Shown here piece by piece: positions 60,080 through 64,000 of a stretch of DNA of 64,000 nt. Source of the DNA: Alphaproteobacteria bacterium (GTDB lineage: Bacteria > Pseudomonadota > Alphaproteobacteria > Rs-D84). Both the position numbers and the translations under genes were made by a program. The stretch is taken from the NCBI GenBank assembly GCA_017409215.1, contig JAFQTD010000016.1, positions 5,128-69,127 of the forward strand, in the 5' to 3' direction. Positions within the stretch are counted from its first letter, which is position 1, and the number at the start of each line of letters is the position of its first letter. Under the pieces are notes generated by a model. That model was not told the DNA's origin, did not search any database, and saw nothing but the letters and a program-made list of their open reading frames with translations.

Positions 60080-60861
60080 TTTTTATCCTTTTTTTCAGAT
60101 ACATCATAGAGTCTTTTTTCCGCCAGGTCAACAAATTGTGGCTCTTGGTCTATACCCACAAATAGACGACCATGCTTTAATGCTGCAACGCCTGTGGTAC
60201 CGCTGCCCATAAACGGATCCAAAATTAAGTCACCAGGGTTTGTTGATGCCAAAATAATGCGTTCCAATAAATCAACCGGTTTTTGCGTTGGATGTTTGCC
60301 GAACTTCTTTTCTTCCTTGGTGGGTGTGCCAATAGCCCAAACACTTCGCATTTGGCAACCCGGCTTTTTAATGAAGTCCTTTGGAAAAACACCGTTTTTC
60401 ATCGCTTCATAATTAAAAGTGTGTTTAGCCTTTTTGTTTTTGCGCGCCCATAGCAAAGTTTCGTGACTGGCGGTAAAATACCGGCAGGACATATTAGGAC
60501 TGGCGTTTGGCTTAAACCAAGTAATGTCGTTCAAAATATGAAAACCGAGTAATTGCATGGCAAAACCGCACGAATATATACTGTGATATGTACCACTAAC
60601 CCACAATGTGCCGTTTGGTTTCAAGATACGATGACAGGCACAGAGCCATTTTTTATGAAATTCAAAATCATCACTCAGACCATGTGATTTATCCCAATCA
60701 CCTTTGTTCACGGATACAACACAGCCATTTTGGCATGTGATGCCACCATTGGAAAGCAGGTACGGCGGATCCGCAAAAATCATATCAAATGTATTTTCTG
60801 GAAGTTCGAGCAACTTTTCAAGGCAATCTGCACAATAAAGACGATACTGCTTCTTAGTCAT
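60076..60861 (-). CDS. Beta-class N6/N4 DNA methyltransferase (DpnA-like)
   Basis: FADPPY.LSNGG; HPTQKP; DPFMGSGTT. Confidence 0.9.
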   Translation of the reverse strand: MTKKQYRLYCADCLEKLLELPENTFDMIFADPPYLLSNGGITCQNGCVVSVNKGDWDKSHGLSDDFEFHKKWLCACHRILKPNGTLWVSGTYHSIYSCGFAMQLLGFHILNDITWFKPNASPNMSCRYFTASHETLLWARKNKKAKHTFNYEAMKNGVFPKDFIKKPGCQMRSVWAIGTPTKEEKKFGKHPTQKPVDLLERIILASTNPGDLILDPFMGSGTTGVAALKHGRLFVGIDQEPQFVDLAEKRLYDVSEKKDKK

Positions 60862-61786
60862 AATTTGTAATCAATAATTCACGAATTGCATCACGACCAT
60901 CAGCCTTGGAATTTATAAGACGTTTAGCCAAAATACGGTTAATTTTATAATCTTTGTACAAATCATCAAAGAACGGGTCTTCAATATAATTTGTTGGATC
61001 TGAATTGCTTAACATCTGTAAAGCTCCTGTTTGATGACATTTATCAAAGACCTGTTTCAAACGTTCTTGTTCTGCGTCATCAAAATCACCGACAGCATAA
61101 GAATTAAAAGATGATGTTTCACGAATTGGACGATATGGAGGGTCGTAATAAATGAATGTATCAGCTTTTACATAATCTGGTGTAGCACCAAAGTCTGCCT
61201 GCATAATAGTAGCAATTTGCAAAGCTTCAGACACGTTGCGCAAGTTTTCTTCATCCAAAATACGCGGGTTTGTATATTTGCCCATCGGAACATTGAATTT
61301 GTTTTTACTGTTTACGCGGAACAATCCATTAAAGCATGTCCGATTCAAGAATATCGTTAGGGCAGCGCGGCGAACAAAACTTGTACGGTATACATTGGCA
61401 TCTATGTTCTTATCAAGGTCATTATATTCGTCGCGCCTTGCATAATAATATGCCTTTGTGTCATCTGTATGTCTGTATTCAGTTTGAATCTTGGTCAGCT
61501 CAACAATCAAACTTTCAACATCGCATTTTATAACGTTGTAAAGAATCACCAGTTCCGGATTGATATCAAACAAGAAGGCTTCTTGGATATTATACCGATT
61601 ATATATATCAAAGAATACAGCACCGCCACCAACAAATGGTTCAATATAGCGTTTAATGCCGTTCATTTTTAATTTTAATGGGAGTTTTTGTTCGATTTGT
61701 TCCAACAATTGCCCTTTGCCGCCGGCCCACTTCAAAACAGGGCGGCATTCTGTATAATCTGGCAATCTGACTGGTATTGCTATCAA
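60854..61786 (-). CDS. Dam/DpnM-like adenine DNA methyltransferase
   Basis: LKWAGGK; EPFVGGG; LNRTCFNGL.RVN; DPPY. Confidence 0.92.
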   Translation of the reverse strand: MIAIPVRLPDYTECRPVLKWAGGKGQLLEQIEQKLPLKLKMNGIKRYIEPFVGGGAVFFDIYNRYNIQEAFLFDINPELVILYNVIKCDVESLIVELTKIQTEYRHTDDTKAYYYARRDEYNDLDKNIDANVYRTSFVRRAALTIFLNRTCFNGLFRVNSKNKFNVPMGKYTNPRILDEENLRNVSEALQIATIMQADFGATPDYVKADTFIYYDPPYRPIRETSSFNSYAVGDFDDAEQERLKQVFDKCHQTGALQMLSNSDPTNYIEDPFFDDLYKDYKINRILAKRLINSKADGRDAIRELLITNYD

Positions 61787-61848
61787 AATTCATCCTTTCT
61801 TTACCGTTATATTAGAAGAAAATAATAGATAAAATCAAGGTCTTTATT

Positions 61849-61884
61849 AACTTGACTTTCGGCGACTTTAGAGCGGTAATTGCG
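61849..61884 (+). promoter_or_regulatory. Island-conserved promoter motif, copy 2
   Basis: AACTTGACT-N14-AGCGGTAATTGC. Confidence 0.65.
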
Positions 61885-61904
61885 TGACGCTAAAAGGAGT
61901 TGAT

Positions 61905-62330
61905 ATGTCATATAAAGACAAACTACCAAAGACGATGGAAGTGCTAAAAGCTTTGCCGTTTGATGAACGGGCACGATTATGGGATAAATACTCACAACAC
62001 CCGTTCAAACGGCAAATGCGGTCACTTTGGTATTATATTCAATGCGACAGGTTAAATCTTCAAATTGAACATAAATATTTGGTAAAAATTCGTAAATATA
62101 AGGATAATCCAGAACAATGTTTAGACCATGCATGTCCAAATAAGTATAACTTTGTTCCTGGCACAATTTTAACCAGATATTTCAAGGGCATAAAACACAC
62201 TATCTTAGTCAATGATGACGGCAGTTTTTCTTATAACGGTGATAAATATTCAACATTATCGGCCGTTGCAACAAAGATAGCAGGCATGAAACTATCTGGG
62301 CCAAAATTTTTTAATCTAACCATAAAATGA
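61905..62330 (+). CDS. DUF2924 domain protein
   Basis: Homologous to 41868..42353 (LWYYIQC; PGT.L.R; TLSAVA..I.G...SGP.FF). Confidence 0.85.
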   Translation: MSYKDKLPKTMEVLKALPFDERARLWDKYSQHPFKRQMRSLWYYIQCDRLNLQIEHKYLVKIRKYKDNPEQCLDHACPNKYNFVPGTILTRYFKGIKHTILVNDDGSFSYNGDKYSTLSAVATKIAGMKLSGPKFFNLTIK

Positions 62331-63015
62331 CATTTTTGATGTATGGTATTAATTCTTCCATAAGACTTGATTGTTTGAATTCTACACCCGTATGGCTTTC
62401 CGCATTATTACCGCTACCGTCATCATAAATTTCTACAGTTGTAGAGGTATGAACTTTTATAAAGTAAAGCCCAGTGCGTAGTAATGCGTATCGTATAGTA
62501 TTTATATCTGCAGGAATTTTTAGTTGTTTTATAAAATTTTCTCTGTCTTCTCGCCATAATTTGTGATTTTCACACTCGTATATCTCTGTAACGCCATTTT
62601 TAACAACCACTGATGTTTCATCAGAATGTTTAGGTTGAGGGTTTAAAATGGGCCAGAGATCATAAGCGATAACTTTTATTTCTTCTTCTGTTAATCCTTC
62701 TAAAATTTGAGCAAATTTTAAAAAGTTTTGAGCAGTTAATTTATTATTGTTATGCAAACCTGCGATCATGGCACATAGTAGGCGTAAATTATTTTTAGCA
62801 ATTCCTTCCATAGCATCTTTCTGCAATCTGTAACTTATCCCCACTAAATCATCACTATCAACATTAGAAAAATCTCCTTGTCTTATTTCTGATAAAATAA
62901 CCTCCCTTAACATTGTTATTTTCTTCTTTTTATACTTATTCCAAAAAAATTCAACCCCCCTTGCTAAAGGATTATTTGTAAGTTTATCTATTGTGCTTAG
63001 AAAGTTCATAATCAC
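62311..63015 (-). CDS. Hypothetical protein inserted between DUF2924 and the recombinase
   Basis: 234-aa ORF with AGGAG RBS. Confidence 0.65.
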   Translation of the reverse strand: MIMNFLSTIDKLTNNPLARGVEFFWNKYKKKKITMLREVILSEIRQGDFSNVDSDDLVGISYRLQKDAMEGIAKNNLRLLCAMIAGLHNNNKLTAQNFLKFAQILEGLTEEEIKVIAYDLWPILNPQPKHSDETSVVVKNGVTEIYECENHKLWREDRENFIKQLKIPADINTIRYALLRTGLYFIKVHTSTTVEIYDDGSGNNAESHTGVEFKQSSLMEELIPYIKNVILWLD

Positions 63016-63063
63016 TCCTTTTGTATCAAATATACGTTTTTTTACGCTTTTTTCAATCTAATT

Positions 63064-63099
63064 AACTTGACTAATCACTTACTACAAGCACTAATTGCA
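63064..63099 (+). promoter_or_regulatory. Island-conserved promoter motif, copy 3
   Basis: AACTTGACT-N14-AGCACTAATTGC. Confidence 0.65.
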
Positions 63100-63118
63100 A
63101 GCAATATAGGAGTTAAAT

Positions 63119-64000
63119 ATGACGATTAAATGTGCGGTTTATACGCGTAAGTCAACTGAACACGGACTTGAACAAGAGTTTAATTCTCTGCAAAACCAAG
63201 AAGAGTCGTGCAAGGCCTATATTGCATCACAATCGTTTAATGGTTGGCAATATTATAAAACTTACAGTGATGCGGCGATATCTGGCGGAACCATGGAACG
63301 CCCCGCTTTAAAACAAATGCTAGATGATATGGCACATGGGTTAGTAAATACTGTGGTAGTGTATAAGGTTGATCGCTTATCACGTTCAATCTTGGATTTC
63401 CACAATATGATGAAATATTTTGAAAAATACGGTGCAAACTTCGTATCTATTACCCAGTCATTTGACACCAGCACATCTATGGGAAAACTAACACTTAATA
63501 TGCTGTTATCATTCGCCCAATTTGAACGTGAAGTATCAAGTGAACGCGTTCGGGATAAAATCCGTGCATCAAAAGCCAAAGGTCTATGGATGGGTGGTGC
63601 GCCACGGCTGGGTTATGACCTGATAAACAAAAAATTGGTAGTAAACCCAACCGAAGCAGAACAAGTACGACATTTGTTTGAAAAATATCTGGAACTGCAA
63701 TCTGTGAATGATTTAACTGAATATGCAAAACAAAATGGTATATTTGGTAAACAATGGGAGACAGCAAAACGACAAATACGTGGTGGTAATCCGATTAGTA
63801 AAATGAGTATGCATCGTATATTGCGGGATAAAGTTTACATCGGTCAAATCGAAAACAAAAAAGAAGGTACTTTTGCCAAAGGTGAACACGAACTGATTAT
63901 ATCAAACGATTTGTTTAATCGTGTCCAAGTTGCGTTGGCTAATAACACAAACAACAAATCCCAAAGCACACATGCGCCGAATATATTGACCGGAAAATTA
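63119..64000 (+). CDS. Large serine recombinase, truncated by the window end
   Basis: MTIKCAVYTRKSTEHGLEQEFNSL...; close paralog of 42299..43873. Confidence 0.93.
   Translation, partial: MTIKCAVYTRKSTEHGLEQEFNSLQNQEESCKAYIASQSFNGWQYYKTYSDAAISGGTMERPALKQMLDDMAHGLVNTVVVYKVDRLSRSILDFHNMMKYFEKYGANFVSITQSFDTSTSMGKLTLNMLLSFAQFEREVSSERVRDKIRASKAKGLWMGGAPRLGYDLINKKLVVNPTEAEQVRHLFEKYLELQSVNDLTEYAKQNGIFGKQWETAKRQIRGGNPISKMSMHRILRDKVYIGQIENKKEGTFAKGEHELIISNDLFNRVQVALANNTNNKSQSTHAPNILTGKL

Larger units (their letters stand above)
50354..64000. mobile_element. Integrative island 2 (same family as island 1, with terminase); right end lies outside the window
   Basis: tggcggag (reverse-complement tRNA-Ser-like 3' end) after a terminator; left-end motifs shared with island 1; homologous core genes. 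Confidence 0.75.

Overview
AT-rich bacterial chromosome segment. Gene content and style fit a reduced host-associated alphaproteobacterium (Rs-D84/'Enterousia'-like; this is inference). The core backbone carries a D-Ala-D-Ala carboxypeptidase, folA, cidA/lrgB, rph, an LPG-synthase TM protein, rne, an MFS transporter, tRNA-Lys/Arg/Pro, a TolC-HlyD-ABC export operon, argS and rho. Two related integrative islands interrupt it. Island 1 (~28449-44062) is bounded by a 19-bp direct repeat of the tRNA-Pro 3' end. Island 2 (~50354 to beyond the window end) starts at a tRNA-Ser-like 3' remnant. Both share a core of DUF2924, large serine recombinase, ParB-DNA methyltransferase and DUF5681 (TerS-like); island 2 adds a terminase large subunit, and no capsid genes are seen. 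They also share CAGGGAA end motifs and a conserved promoter motif. Cargo is largely defence-like (KAP NTPase, OLD-like nuclease, ApeA-like HEPN, DpnII-like R-M, T5orf172), plus an unusual operon of an AlaRS-like paralog, a radical-SAM/histidine-phosphatase fusion and a peptidase, next to an RlmN-like enzyme. The most notable unannotated signal is that each island carries a promoter-driven, highly structured non-coding leader with the same architecture but different antisense/target sequences, resembling a phage P1 c4 / P4 CI antisense switch. A truncated third copy lies at 19.6 kb. All calls come from reading the sequence by eye; no searches or folding programs were run.
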